A stretch of 46,094 bases of DNA from the UHGV virus genome UHGV-0027450; one strand, written 5' to 3'. Each line of letters starts with the position of its first letter. Within the stretch, counting starts at the first letter, position 1. The notes below the pieces were generated by a model. It did not search any database, had not been told where the DNA came from, and saw nothing but the letters and a program-made list of their open reading frames with translations. Position numbers and translations under genes: made by a program. Below are positions 1-7,957 of this stretch, in pieces. The DNA comes from a virus.

Positions 1-200
<200 letters not shown>

Positions 201-206
201 TCACCA

Positions 207-234
207 ATAAAAAATCCCTCACGATGGAGGGATT
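207..234 (-). terminator. intrinsic terminator after the minus-strand membrane-protein operon
   Basis: Hairpin atccctc-acgatg-gagggat. Read on the minus strand it is followed by a T-run (tttttatt). Confidence 0.5.
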
Positions 235-243
235 ATAGCATGG

Positions 244-492
244 TCACTTGTTGCAATTTCGATTTCTGCATGCCGGATAGAATTTTGACAGAGGCCAAAC
301 CCAGAACCTCCACAACATCTCGTCGTAGCTTGGTAGTGCATCATGGAATCGCTTTCCTGCGGAATATCCTTCAGGGTCTTCTTCATAGAAGAACTTTATA
401 AATCTTGTTCTGGCAATATAAACAAGTTGATTTCTTATCAGAATGTAAACGAAGAACGCCGTAACGATAAGGGTAAGAATTATATCTGCCAT
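244..492 (-). CDS. small membrane protein (83 aa, N-terminal TM helix)
   Basis: Internal ATG (M17 of track ORF 244..540) with SD agaggt at 9 nt. Hydrophobic stretch ADIILTLIVTAFFVYILI. Confidence 0.5.
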   Translation of the reverse strand: MADIILTLIVTAFFVYILIRNQLVYIARTRFIKFFYEEDPEGYSAGKRFHDALPSYDEMLWRFWVWPLSKFYPACRNRNCNK

Positions 493-502
493 AACTGTAC
501 CT

Positions 503-664
503 CTATTTAAAACAATGATACAACAGACATGGCACAACACCAGTTACCACAGCGAAAAATGAACCAACAATGAAGTGTATCCATCTTGGTTCATTCACCC
601 CTGCAGCCATAACCCACCAGAACATAAAGTTAAATGGAATCCAGAACGACCAGAATAGCGCCAT
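503..664 (-). CDS. 53-aa hydrophobic Trp/Phe-rich micropeptide
   Basis: ATG 664..662 overlaps the TGA of the upstream gene (ATGA coupling). Its TAG lies 10 nt before the next ATG (492). Translates MALFWSFWIPFNFMFWWVMAAG... Below the 60-aa cutoff, so not in the track. Confidence 0.35.
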   Translation of the reverse strand: MALFWSFWIPFNFMFWWVMAAGVNEPRWIHFIVGSFFAVVTGVVPCLLYHCFK

Positions 665-870
665 CACTCCACCTTTTCGAATTTATCAAAAATAACAGAA
701 AGATTAAAAGCGCCGCTTTCAGTGATTGCCTGAATTTCTTTCACCTGCGCTCTCATAGCGTCCTCATACGCACTAACAGCATCAGTGCCAATTGATAATC
801 CGCAGAAACTACCAACGCTCGCTACGCTTCCTTGTCGCTCGATGTGACCGCAGTAAAAATAAACGCTCAT
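664..870 (-). CDS. hypothetical protein (68 aa)
   Basis: Track ORF 664..873 with the first codon GTG. The ATG at 870 has SD gaggtga 4 nt upstream. Confidence 0.45.
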   Translation of the reverse strand: MSVYFYCGHIERQGSVASVGSFCGLSIGTDAVSAYEDAMRAQVKEIQAITESGAFNLSVIFDKFEKVE

Positions 871-878
871 CACTCACC

Positions 879-1073
879 TCAACCAAGCGGAAACCACTTA
901 TCAATGACATCATGGAATTTTCGCATAACATTTTTCTGCCAAAATTCAAGATACTCAAACAAATTTCTTGCACCAGAAAATAAAACCCACAACAACCACA
1001 CTGGAACAAAAACTGGCAGTAAAGCAATCCTGCCGACCTTACTTCTGTTGCTCATCTTGCTTATCTTAATCAT
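879..1073 (-). CDS. small membrane protein
   Basis: ATG 1073 with SD gaggag. TM segment IALLPVFVPVWLLWVLF. Its stop lies 6 nt before the next start. Confidence 0.5.
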   Translation of the reverse strand: MIKISKMSNRSKVGRIALLPVFVPVWLLWVLFSGARNLFEYLEFWQKNVMRKFHDVIDKWFPLG

Positions 1074-1110
1074 CACTCAATCTCCTCACCATTAACCCAG
1101 CGTTGTTACT

Positions 1111-1314
1111 TTATTTCTGAACATAATTAATCCACCATGCAGCAATTGCTGAGAAAATCCATAAGCCGATAAAAAGCCTGAAAACCTGCCAATTCAGGAT
1201 GTCATCAATACTTGGCGCCTCCCACCTAATCAACCAGATAAGCGGGAAAGCAATCGCCAGTGCAATGGTGTACTTAATGCCAATAAACAGAAAATCTCTT
1301 ACAAAATCCCTCAT
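1111..1314 (-). CDS. small membrane protein (2 predicted TM helices)
   Basis: ATG 1314 with SD gagagggtga. It overlaps the TGA of the HTH gene. Hydrophobic segments are IALAIAFPLIWLI and LFIGLWIFSAIAAWW. Confidence 0.5.
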   Translation of the reverse strand: MRDFVRDFLFIGIKYTIALAIAFPLIWLIRWEAPSIDDILNWQVFRLFIGLWIFSAIAAWWINYVQK

Positions 1315-1316
1315 AA

Positions 1317-1526
1317 TCACCCTCTCAAAAAATCATTCTTGCAGCAGATGCCCCTGTATCCGCGTTTCTCTTGCAGGTTAACGAAAACATCATCCAGAAC
1401 GCGCAGCAGGAAATCCTCGTCGATGTCATACCGACGACAAATAACATCATCAGGCACGCCAGCCCGTGCCAGTGAATAAACCTGCTCTTTCTCCTCCTGT
1501 GTGAATCCTGCATAGCTGCGCATAGT
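1317..1526 (-). CDS. small putative HTH DNA-binding regulator (69 aa)
   Basis: ATG 1526 (M48 of track ORF 1317..1667) with SD ggagat. The sequence SLARAGVPDDVICRRYDIDEDFL looks like a helix-turn-helix. It is the first gene after the divergent promoter region. Confidence 0.5.
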   Translation of the reverse strand, partial: TMRSYAGFTQEEKEQVYSLARAGVPDDVICRRYDIDEDFLLRVLDDVFVNLQEKRGYRGICCKNDFLRG

Positions 1527-1676
1527 GATATCTCCGATAAACCTGATGTAGATTATACTATGCGCTCGGTGTAGATTGGTCAAGTGTGGTGATGCGGATT
1601 TATCAACAACAATAATAAATGTTGACGTGGATATATTGGTGATGTAGATTGAAGTCATACGAAACAAGGAGGATTT
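1527..1676. promoter_or_regulatory. divergent promoter/operator region
   Basis: Plus strand: TTGACG(1622-1627)-17nt-TAGATT(1645-1650), then gaagtcatacgaaac and SD aggagg before the ATG at 1677. Minus strand: TTGACC (rc of 1578-1583)-17nt-TAGTAT (rc of 1555-1560). Three copies of the GRYGTAGATT motif (1540-1550, 1568-1578, 1641-1651) overlap the promoter elements. Confidence 0.55.
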
Positions 1677-1940
1677 ATGGAACGCATCATCACTCGCTAC
1701 ATCAACAAAGAAACTGGCCTTGTTGCATTCAAAAAGCTATGTGTGCGCAACATTGATGGTATGTTTCGCGTAGTGCAGGTATCAAATTACGGTTACGGCG
1801 CTGAAGACTCGGTGACTCCAGTACCCAGCATTAAGGCATACAAGACGCAGCGCGGAGCAGAGAAAGCACTGGAGTCTTACAGGCTGCCGAGATACAAAAT
1901 GACGGTGGTTGAAGGTTTGATGCAAGAAGGTAAAATATAA
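1677..1940 (+). CDS. hypothetical protein (87 aa)
   Basis: Track ORF. Strong SD aggagg 4 nt upstream, a canonical promoter, and a terminator directly downstream. Confidence 0.55.
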   Translation: MERIITRYINKETGLVAFKKLCVRNIDGMFRVVQVSNYGYGAEDSVTPVPSIKAYKTQRGAEKALESYRLPRYKMTVVEGLMQEGKI

Positions 1941-1945
1941 CCACA

Positions 1946-1973
1946 AGCCCTCGAATGAGGGCTTTATTTTTAT
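1946..1973 (+). terminator. intrinsic terminator
   Basis: Hairpin agccctc-gaat-gagggct followed by ttatttttat. It overlaps the 3' end of the convergent terminase gene. Confidence 0.6.
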
Positions 1974-3277
1974 CGCCTGCGCCGGATTAGCATTGCTGCC
2001 ATTGGTCGCACGAGTGGGAACTTATTATAAATGTAATAATCAGCCGCATCGTTCGGATGGTCATTATCGTGAGTTTTGTCTGGCTCACCCTGCTTGTTGT
2101 AAATCTGCTGCTCTCTCGCCTCAGTGTATATTGGACACAGCTTTGTGTTTACCTTGTATCTGCGCTCGCCTTCAGCGTTGCAGAACATCGCGTTAACAGA
2201 GTTGATGCGGTCCCTGACTGGTGGGTTCTTACTGTCAGCCATAACATGAAAGCCAGCATCTCTCAACAAAGCTATATCTGACGTACCAGCGTTCACGGTT
2301 TTGCGACTGCCGCCTGATGCATCGGGATAAACGTAAATTTCACACAGCTTCTCAAACTCGCCATTTGATGTCTCACGCCATAAACGCTGCTTGATTAACC
2401 TAATCATTTCTGGCGTATCGTAAGCACCAAGTATCTCGCCAACTGCGATCGGGTCACCATTCCTCTCGACGTGAATAATTGCAGACATCTTGCCAACGTT
2501 GAAGTCCATACCGACATGGGCTGGTTCGCCTGTCTTGTATTCCTCATCGCTGTGATTAAGATTCCTGTCGAATTGAGGATAAACAGTGCCAGACGTAAGG
2601 TTTACAAACTCACCCTGCAAATAGGCATCAATGAGTTGTGGAGGGTAGCTATCACGCAGTGACTGAACGTAGTCATCAGGCAGGAAAGGGTTACTCATAG
2701 TGCTTGCCTGCACCATTTCATACCCATCCTTTTTGTTCTTTACCCATCTGTCATAAACAAACCGGAATCCTTCAGGGGTTGAGAATATACCAACAGTATT
2801 CATCGGCTTGCCTGAGGTGTCAGTGTATGTCCTCGGTCGCTGACGGTTGCGGGCGATTATTTTTATCCACGCCTCAGATGCGTGCTCTTGCTTAAGCGTA
2901 TCAATTTCGTCAATCTTTGCACGGAACGACTCATAACCAACTATTCGAGCCGGATTATCAAGAGTCCTGAGAACAAAATCCCCCATCTGTCCTGATGAGG
3001 TGTAAATTATGTTCTCTGCCTTGTTGTATTTATATCGCACCCCCCAGTCGATTAATTTCTCCTCCATGCGAGGGGCGAGAATAAGACGCACGAGGTCATA
3101 TGTTGGCTCATATAACGCAACAAGGCTATCAGAACCACCCTCAAGGCTATCCAGAAGAGCTGAGTTGCACATGGTTTCTGACTTGCCAGTGCCAAAGCCA
3201 GCGATGAAGGCCGGAAATTTGCACTTGAGGTTCAGGTATCTTGCCTGTGGCTCAGTTGCTGTTACTCTTATCTGCAC
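1970..3277 (-). CDS. terL: terminase large subunit (GTG start)
   Basis: 435-aa track ORF with Walker A GFGTGKS near the N-terminus and a C-terminal nuclease-like region. GTG start with SD agaggtga. It overlaps the small subunit gene, which is the canonical terS-terL arrangement. Confidence 0.85.
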   Translation of the reverse strand: MQIRVTATEPQARYLNLKCKFPAFIAGFGTGKSETMCNSALLDSLEGGSDSLVALYEPTYDLVRLILAPRMEEKLIDWGVRYKYNKAENIIYTSSGQMGDFVLRTLDNPARIVGYESFRAKIDEIDTLKQEHASEAWIKIIARNRQRPRTYTDTSGKPMNTVGIFSTPEGFRFVYDRWVKNKKDGYEMVQASTMSNPFLPDDYVQSLRDSYPPQLIDAYLQGEFVNLTSGTVYPQFDRNLNHSDEEYKTGEPAHVGMDFNVGKMSAIIHVERNGDPIAVGEILGAYDTPEMIRLIKQRLWRETSNGEFEKLCEIYVYPDASGGSRKTVNAGTSDIALLRDAGFHVMADSKNPPVRDRINSVNAMFCNAEGERRYKVNTKLCPIYTEAREQQIYNKQGEPDKTHDNDHPNDAADYYIYNKFPLVRPMAAMLIRRRR

Positions 3278-3713
3278 TAATCACCTCTATCTGCACCTTA
3301 TGGATTGCTCCATCACCATCTGCACCTTCCGATTCAGGCTTATCTCTCCATAGTTTTGGTTGCCTGTTTTTTAACCAGAAAATCATTGATGTTGGGTCTG
3401 GTGGGTATCTTTTGATTGTTGGTGTGATTACTATTTCACCATTAACCGCTTTGATGTCGTCTTCTGGATGCTCATAACCGGTAGCCCTGCTGAACAATGC
3501 TTGAGCAACTCGCGCGTCAGCAATTTCCTTTCCTCGCCTTAAGGACTCAAGAAACGACGGGTGTTTGTGCTTCCATGCGTTTATTGTTTGCTCGCTCACG
3601 TCAAAGAAAGTAGCAAGCTGTTTATCAGTAGCGCCAAGCAGGCAATAGTTGTACGCCTGCTCGTCGTACTCAGGTTTGTATTCTGTCGGTCGCCCGATTG
3701 GTTTATCTGACAT
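3252..3713 (-). CDS. terS: terminase small subunit
   Basis: 153-aa ORF immediately upstream of and overlapping terL. HTH-like N-terminus (KQLATFFDVSEQTINAWK). SD agaggtga. Confidence 0.7.
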   Translation of the reverse strand: MSDKPIGRPTEYKPEYDEQAYNYCLLGATDKQLATFFDVSEQTINAWKHKHPSFLESLRRGKEIADARVAQALFSRATGYEHPEDDIKAVNGEIVITPTIKRYPPDPTSMIFWLKNRQPKLWRDKPESEGADGDGAIHKVQIEVISADKSNSN

Positions 3714-3742
3714 AATTCACCTCTTGATATTTATGTTTATTC

Positions 3743-3770
3743 TATCACAAAGGCAAAAAAGAACCCGCAC
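3743..3770 (-). terminator. intrinsic terminator separating the early mini-gene operon from the terminase genes
   Basis: On the minus strand: hairpin aacccgcc-ttgt-gcgggtt followed by cttttttgcc. Confidence 0.55.
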
Positions 3771-3824
3771 AAGGCGGGTTAAAGGTTGGGTGATGATATG
3801 AGTGAAGCAATGGTGGTTATGTGC

Positions 3825-3998
3825 TTATTGTACACCATCATTATCACGCTTGCCAGCATAGCACCATGCATTTTCATTTGGCGTCTGCACATGAACGATT
3901 TCAAGAGCATCCGGAAATGTTTTGGCTACCTTAGCTATGAATTCGTCCAGTTCGTGCTGCTTTGCGAGGTGCCAAACTTTCTGTTTAGTGGTTTGCAT
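3825..3998 (-). CDS. hypothetical protein (57 aa)
   Basis: Derived ORF with a TAATG overlap to the upstream gene. Translates MQTTKQKVWHLAKQHELDEFIAKV... Not in the track (<60 aa). Confidence 0.35.
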   Translation of the reverse strand: MQTTKQKVWHLAKQHELDEFIAKVAKTFPDALEIVHVQTPNENAWCYAGKRDNDGVQ

Positions 3999-4153
3999 TA
4001 CAGAATCCTGTTCACTTCGTTGGCGTCAACTATCCTCTGGATTAAACCAATTGTTCCATCTACCAGAATCGGCATTCCAACTTCAACGAAGTTAAGGTTG
4101 TCAACTAAAACAGGTTTAAATCTGCACTTAATATAAACAAGCCACATGGTCAT
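3998..4153 (-). CDS. hypothetical protein (51 aa)
   Basis: ATG 4153 overlaps the TGA of the upstream gene. SD ggagga at 6 nt. Translates MTMWLVYIKCRFKPVLVDNLNFVEVG... Confidence 0.35.
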   Translation of the reverse strand: MTMWLVYIKCRFKPVLVDNLNFVEVGMPILVDGTIGLIQRIVDANEVNRIL

Positions 4154-4353
4154 CCTCCAAACGTAAAATCAAGAGCAATTGCATCATGTCCGCCAAATGA
4201 TTCACACATCTGCATAGAGCAACTTGAATCATCTGTAACGATACTTACCGGGTCTTCTGCCTTTATGCCTACATAACCATTTATTACTGGAGAGAACAGT
4301 ATTAGCAGCACATATGCCGCAAAGGCAATAATGCAGACATAGAATTTATTCAT
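4150..4353 (-). CDS. small secreted/membrane protein (signal-peptide-like N-terminus)
   Basis: Track ORF. ATGA overlap with the upstream gene. SD gagggg. N-terminus MNKFYVCIIAFAAYVLLILFSPV. Confidence 0.5.
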   Translation of the reverse strand: MNKFYVCIIAFAAYVLLILFSPVINGYVGIKAEDPVSIVTDDSSCSMQMCESFGGHDAIALDFTFGG

Positions 4354-4520
4354 GTTTCATAGCCCCTCGTAGAGCGCATGCACTTAATGTCGTGAACACC
4401 AGTATCGGGCACAACCTCAATGTAATTACCTATCTGTACCATCATGTAGTGACACGTCTTCATGCTATCCCAGTAGCGCTCCCACATGAATTCCATTGCG
4501 GCGTTAATATCGTTAAACAT
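4350..4520 (-). CDS. hypothetical protein (56 aa)
   Basis: Internal ATG (MFNDINAAMEF) with SD caggag. It overlaps the stop of the upstream micropeptide. Confidence 0.45.
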   Translation of the reverse strand: MFNDINAAMEFMWERYWDSMKTCHYMMVQIGNYIEVVPDTGVHDIKCMRSTRGYET

Positions 4521-4620
4521 AATGCACAACTCCTGCAACAGCTGCTACAAGTGACAGCACATACACAGCAAGGAAGATTTTAGCGCCAGTTGTGTATCGG
4601 CGTCGTTGGTGTCTGGTCAT
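4513..4620 (-). CDS. 35-aa TM micropeptide
   Basis: ATG 4620 with SD ggagg at 7 nt. Translates MTRHQRRRYTTGAKIFLAVYVLSLVAAVAGVVHYV, a basic N-terminus followed by one TM helix. Confidence 0.3.
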   Translation of the reverse strand: MTRHQRRRYTTGAKIFLAVYVLSLVAAVAGVVHYV

Positions 4621-4683
4621 CTGTATGCCTCCACTAAAGCGTGCGCCACATAGAGCGCACTTATAATTAATATGAACGGGTAG

Positions 4684-4986
4684 TTATTCACCTTTAGCCA
4701 GGCTTTCGAATTGCTGTGCGGTGGTGTCAAACTGAACCAGACTGACAACATCGTCGAACATGACAAATTCTCCTTCAGAATCTTCAGTCATGTCAGCGCC
4801 ACAATCCTGACCGAACGAGTCACAACCATCCATATCAAGCTCGTATCGCTTGAGTTTTGCGATATTTGATAAATTCAGCGCCAGTACAGCAAGGTCATAA
4901 ACCTCATCAGCGGTATACCAGGCACCATGCCCATGCATTTCAATACGGGATATGATTTCTTCTACACGTTGTTTTGTGATCGTCAC
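4684..4986 (-). CDS. hypothetical acidic protein (100 aa, GTG start)
   Basis: Track ORF. GTG start with SD ggaggtga at 6 nt. It overlaps the stop of the upstream gene. Confidence 0.5.
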   Translation of the reverse strand: MTITKQRVEEIISRIEMHGHGAWYTADEVYDLAVLALNLSNIAKLKRYELDMDGCDSFGQDCGADMTEDSEGEFVMFDDVVSLVQFDTTAQQFESLAKGE

Positions 4987-5459
4987 TTTTGCTCACCTCC
5001 CTGTTCTTCCAGAAAAATACGCATAGCCTCAAGCATCTCTTCGGTGTCATACGGTGATAACTTGTCACGCAGGATGTGTTCAATGCTGTTAATGAACTTG
5101 CGGATTGCTTTGCGTTCAATTTCAGCCAGAAAAGCATCAGTGGCTGGGGTTTCAGGGAGTTCGAATAGCTCAACCAGATTCGTGACCTTTCCAGTCTCAA
5201 GCATCCATTCAGGCGGTTTTTCTTTTGATAACTCCCACCGCCAATCCTGGAAGCCCTCACATGTTTCACACCCCTCATATCGATAAGAATAAGCAACAGG
5301 TGTCCGCGCACTCATCCCGGCATTCTCCGCAGCCAGCGCCACGCATTTAGCTTCTAGTGCCGCGTAGTCTTCGTAGTCAACATAATCACCGCATGGCGAT
5401 TCGTAAGACTCAACGCCACCAAGTGAAACTCTCATGTCATAACGCTTAACTTCACTCAT
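4983..5459 (-). CDS. hypothetical protein (158 aa, Cys-rich N-terminal half)
   Basis: Track ORF with ATGA overlap to the upstream gene. Confidence 0.55.
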   Translation of the reverse strand: MSEVKRYDMRVSLGGVESYESPCGDYVDYEDYAALEAKCVALAAENAGMSARTPVAYSYRYEGCETCEGFQDWRWELSKEKPPEWMLETGKVTNLVELFELPETPATDAFLAEIERKAIRKFINSIEHILRDKLSPYDTEEMLEAMRIFLEEQGGEQK

Positions 5460-5689
5460 ACCCTAACCCCCATAATTTCTTCGTAATAGCCATCTTCTTC
5501 AAACTCAATCTTTGCGATTTTGAGCGCATCCTCATCGGTAATGTCAATCGCTTTGAATTTGCACTTTGCCAGCATGATGCATCCTGACAGGATTAGCCAC
5601 TTATTCCACCAGTGCACTCGCTTGATTGTCCTGCTCGCATACACTTTGTTCTGTACAAACCAGAATTCGTATGTTTTGACCTTTGCCAT
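5456..5689 (-). CDS. hypothetical protein (77 aa)
   Basis: ATG 5689 lies 2 nt after the stop of the Lar-like gene. The track ORF starts at the GTG at 5698. Confidence 0.45.
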   Translation of the reverse strand: MAKVKTYEFWFVQNKVYASRTIKRVHWWNKWLILSGCIMLAKCKFKAIDITDEDALKIAKIEFEEDGYYEEIMGVRV

Positions 5690-5690
5690 A

Positions 5691-5879
5691 TCAATCACTA
5701 TTAACCCTGCGATTCCAGTCAGCGATTGTCTGCACTGCAGACTCCCTGAAGTTTGTCATTCTCGCCCCACACGAGCATCGAATCAGGAAGTATGGTTTCT
5801 CATGCTCAGATGAACGCCATGGTTTAACTTTTGGTTCTCCACCGCAAAACGGGCAACTCTTGATAATCAACTCACTCAT
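5691..5879 (-). CDS. Lar-family restriction alleviation protein
   Basis: MSELIIKSCPFCGGEPKV...YFLIRCSCGARM...AVQTIADWNRRV matches the Lar (Rac prophage) signature CPFCG...C.CG...A...WNrR. ATG 5879 (M14 of the track ORF) with SD ggtga. Confidence 0.6.
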   Translation of the reverse strand: MSELIIKSCPFCGGEPKVKPWRSSEHEKPYFLIRCSCGARMTNFRESAVQTIADWNRRVNSD

Positions 5880-5914
5880 ATAATCACCATTCAAATAAGA
5901 GCGCTGAATCGAGG

Positions 5915-6097
5915 TCAAAACACGATAATCAGCTCATCCATTACTCTTCTCTTGCCTTCACCATTAAACACGCGCACAACGCGATTTACGCGGATAGATT
6001 CCATCGCATGGCGAGCCTGCTTGCCCATGAAGTTTTGCGCGCCAACGTGACCGAGTTCCTGTTCCAGCTTCTCGCGACGATAGATAGTCTTTGCCAT
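5915..6097 (-). CDS. hypothetical protein (60 aa)
   Basis: Track ORF. SD ggaga. Confidence 0.5.
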   Translation of the reverse strand: MAKTIYRREKLEQELGHVGAQNFMGKQARHAMESIRVNRVVRVFNGEGKRRVMDELIIVF

Positions 6098-6100
6098 TTG

Positions 6101-6259
6101 TTATTTCTCCACGTGCGCCTGATACATTGCTTGCCAGATGAACACAACGGCATCGCTTAGTTCATCATCAGTCAGGTAGTCGATATTGAAATTTTCAATA
6201 ACTTCACGAATACCTGCCTCAATCATCTCTTCTGTTGGTTGGATTGGTTTGTTGCTCAT
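6101..6259 (-). CDS. hypothetical acidic protein (52 aa)
   Basis: Internal ATG (MSNKPIQPTEEMIEAG) with SD aagggg. The track ORF starts further upstream at a non-ATG codon. Confidence 0.45.
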   Translation of the reverse strand: MSNKPIQPTEEMIEAGIREVIENFNIDYLTDDELSDAVVFIWQAMYQAHVEK

Positions 6260-6263
6260 TTTG

Positions 6264-6359
6264 TTACCCCTTATACCCTGATTTAGAAACTGCCACTGCA
6301 ATAATGATGAATGTCACGATAACCAGACTTGCGATAAGTTCGAATGTTGCGCCTGTCAT
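6264..6359 (-). CDS. 31-aa TM micropeptide
   Basis: ATGA overlap with the upstream gene. Translates MTGATFELIASLVIVTFIIIAVAVSKSGYKG. Its stop lies 5 nt before the next ATG. Confidence 0.3.
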   Translation of the reverse strand: MTGATFELIASLVIVTFIIIAVAVSKSGYKG

Positions 6360-6541
6360 TTCTTTGAAGCCTTGTATTCATCTTCAGTCATCGCATAAGC
6401 CTCGCAAATCATGTTTGCTGCATCAATGATTGCATTTGAGCGCATATCAGCAGGAAGGCTTGGAACCTGTTGTGATAATGCCATGCATATATCGCTGAAT
6501 AACTTCATCTGGTCGATGCTGTATGTGATTTCTTCTTTCAT
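6356..6541 (-). CDS. hypothetical protein (61 aa)
   Basis: Track ORF. SD gagggtga. Confidence 0.5.
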   Translation of the reverse strand: MKEEITYSIDQMKLFSDICMALSQQVPSLPADMRSNAIIDAANMICEAYAMTEDEYKASKK

Positions 6542-6555
6542 CCCTTCACCCTCGT

Positions 6556-6771
6556 TTAGTTTTTCTGTTGCTGCGCTAACCCTAACTGCTCATTGGCTAC
6601 TTCGGCCGCCGATAAAAGAATTCCTGCAAGTTCGGTTGCCTGCTCTGGTGTCATAAACATGAAGTCATTCTCAGTCTCCAGCTCTACACGGTTAAACTTG
6701 GCTGCAATCATGATGTCATCACCACTTTTGTTTTTCATTGATGCGCTGAACTCAGTTTTTTTATTACTCAT
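6556..6771 (-). CDS. hypothetical protein (71 aa); first gene of the early mini-gene operon
   Basis: Track ORF. SD ggtgaagag. It lies directly downstream of the canonical promoter at 6802-6830. Confidence 0.55.
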   Translation of the reverse strand: MSNKKTEFSASMKNKSGDDIMIAAKFNRVELETENDFMFMTPEQATELAGILLSAAEVANEQLGLAQQQKN

Positions 6772-6801
6772 CTCTTCACCATAGTTTGTTTCGATGAGTT
6801 C

Positions 6802-6830
6802 AATCTACATCAATTGTTATTCTACGTCAA
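6802..6830 (-). promoter_or_regulatory. sigma70-type promoter, TTGACG-17-TAGATT, for the early mini-gene operon
   Basis: Read on the minus strand: TTGACG-tagaataacaattgatg-TAGATT-gaactcatcgaaac. The leader is almost identical to the promoters at 1622-1665 and 26300-26341. Confidence 0.55.
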
Positions 6831-6908
6831 TGCGATTTTTCAGGTGTCGCATTAGTGGGTTCTGGTGAAACATGACCAATTGCGCGATTATCAATCACAC
6901 CACAAAAA

Positions 6909-7264
6909 CCCGGTAAATCCCGGTTTTTCAAATAAAGTACCGGTAATCAACATCTTACAAAAACAATCCTGACTTAAAAACTACTGTATTTACCTACAGG
7001 TGGTAAAAATCAATCCAGTAATGACGCGGGCTGCGGAGGAGTTACCGGTTTTACCCGGTAAATCCTATATAAGTAAGTAAGTTACTTTCTTATATTAATA
7101 TATTGATTTTATTATAGTTCTTTAAAAATTAGACCAATTAATATACTACTACTCTCAATGATGAAAATACTCCTTAGAGTTACGGTAAAACCGGTAAAAT
7201 CATATAAATCAATTAGTTATGCAAAAAACTGACCAATAAATATACGGTAAATTAGGTAAAATCG
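6909..7264 (+). repeat. iteron array (at least 8 direct copies of mCGGTAAA(A)TC) with an AT-rich segment; putative replication origin
   Basis: Copies sit at 6909-6923, 6939-6950, 6999-7016, 7043-7065 (two copies), 7181-7201 (two copies) and 7243-7264 (two copies). The 7066-7160 stretch is more than 75 percent AT. There is no ORF on either strand between 6830 and 7410. Confidence 0.5.
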
Positions 7265-7428
7265 AGTGCAAATTGAACGATAGGCACCATCCACATATAT
7301 CAGATATGAGATAGTGGTCTGACCAGTTGTTAAGTGTGGTAGCTATTGTTGCTGGTTAGGCCTGTTTTGTGTTGCGTTAATTTTATTTTTTATCTATAGT
7401 TTCTAACAGAATGCAGATGGAGGTGACT

Positions 7429-7659
7429 ATGAGAAAAAAAATGTACCGTGATGGTTCAAAGATGGAATTCGTGTATCGCGTTGCAAAACATATGGATATT
7501 GGTCAGGTTAATTCGATTGCTTATGAGGATATTGCAGATAAAGGGATGTCTGTTGAAAGATTTCGCGCGTGTCTCGGAAGGATTGGTGAGGATTTTGGGA
7601 TGAAATTCAGAACGTGCTCATATTTCGATGAGGTTTTGCACATTAAGCGAGTTGAGTGA
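7429..7659 (+). CDS. hypothetical protein (76 aa)
   Basis: ATG 7429 with SD ggaggtga. First gene of the plus-strand replication operon. Confidence 0.5.
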   Translation: MRKKMYRDGSKMEFVYRVAKHMDIGQVNSIAYEDIADKGMSVERFRACLGRIGEDFGMKFRTCSYFDEVLHIKRVE

Positions 7660-7666
7660 GGTGAGT

Positions 7667-7957
7667 ATGAGTTGCGCTCCGATATTCCCTGTTACGACAT
7701 CTCTTGCTCACGACGTGATAAATAATCTTACCGCTCCTGATGGGTGTCAGTTTTACTTTGAGAACGGGTATTCAACTTCAATTTTGATTGGTGGAAGAGA
7801 TGGGTGCTACGCATACGACATAGAGCGAGGTTTTCAGATGACAATGGCGTCACTTCAGAAGGCGCTAAAAATTGAGGCTGACAGGGTGGGTGCTGTGTTA
7901 ACGGTGAAACATGGTGTTATCCATGGTAAATTCTTGCGCGTATGGAGGGTGTATTGA
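7667..7957 (+). CDS. hypothetical protein (96 aa)
   Basis: ATG 7667 with SD gaggtgag. ATGA-coupled to the next gene. Confidence 0.5.
   Translation: MSCAPIFPVTTSLAHDVINNLTAPDGCQFYFENGYSTSILIGGRDGCYAYDIERGFQMTMASLQKALKIEADRVGAVLTVKHGVIHGKFLRVWRVY

Noticed and set aside
792-1095. Three overlapping ORFs (792-983 +, 832-1095 +, 809-1027 -)
   Set aside because: They lie in alternative frames or antisense to the coupled minus-strand genes 664-870 and 879-1073. Their composition is low-complexity.
3786-4136. 116-aa plus-strand ORF upstream of terS
   Set aside because: It is antisense to two well-coupled minus-strand mini-genes (3825-3998 and 3998-4153) that have SDs and overlap signals. The ORF itself crosses the minus-strand terminator.
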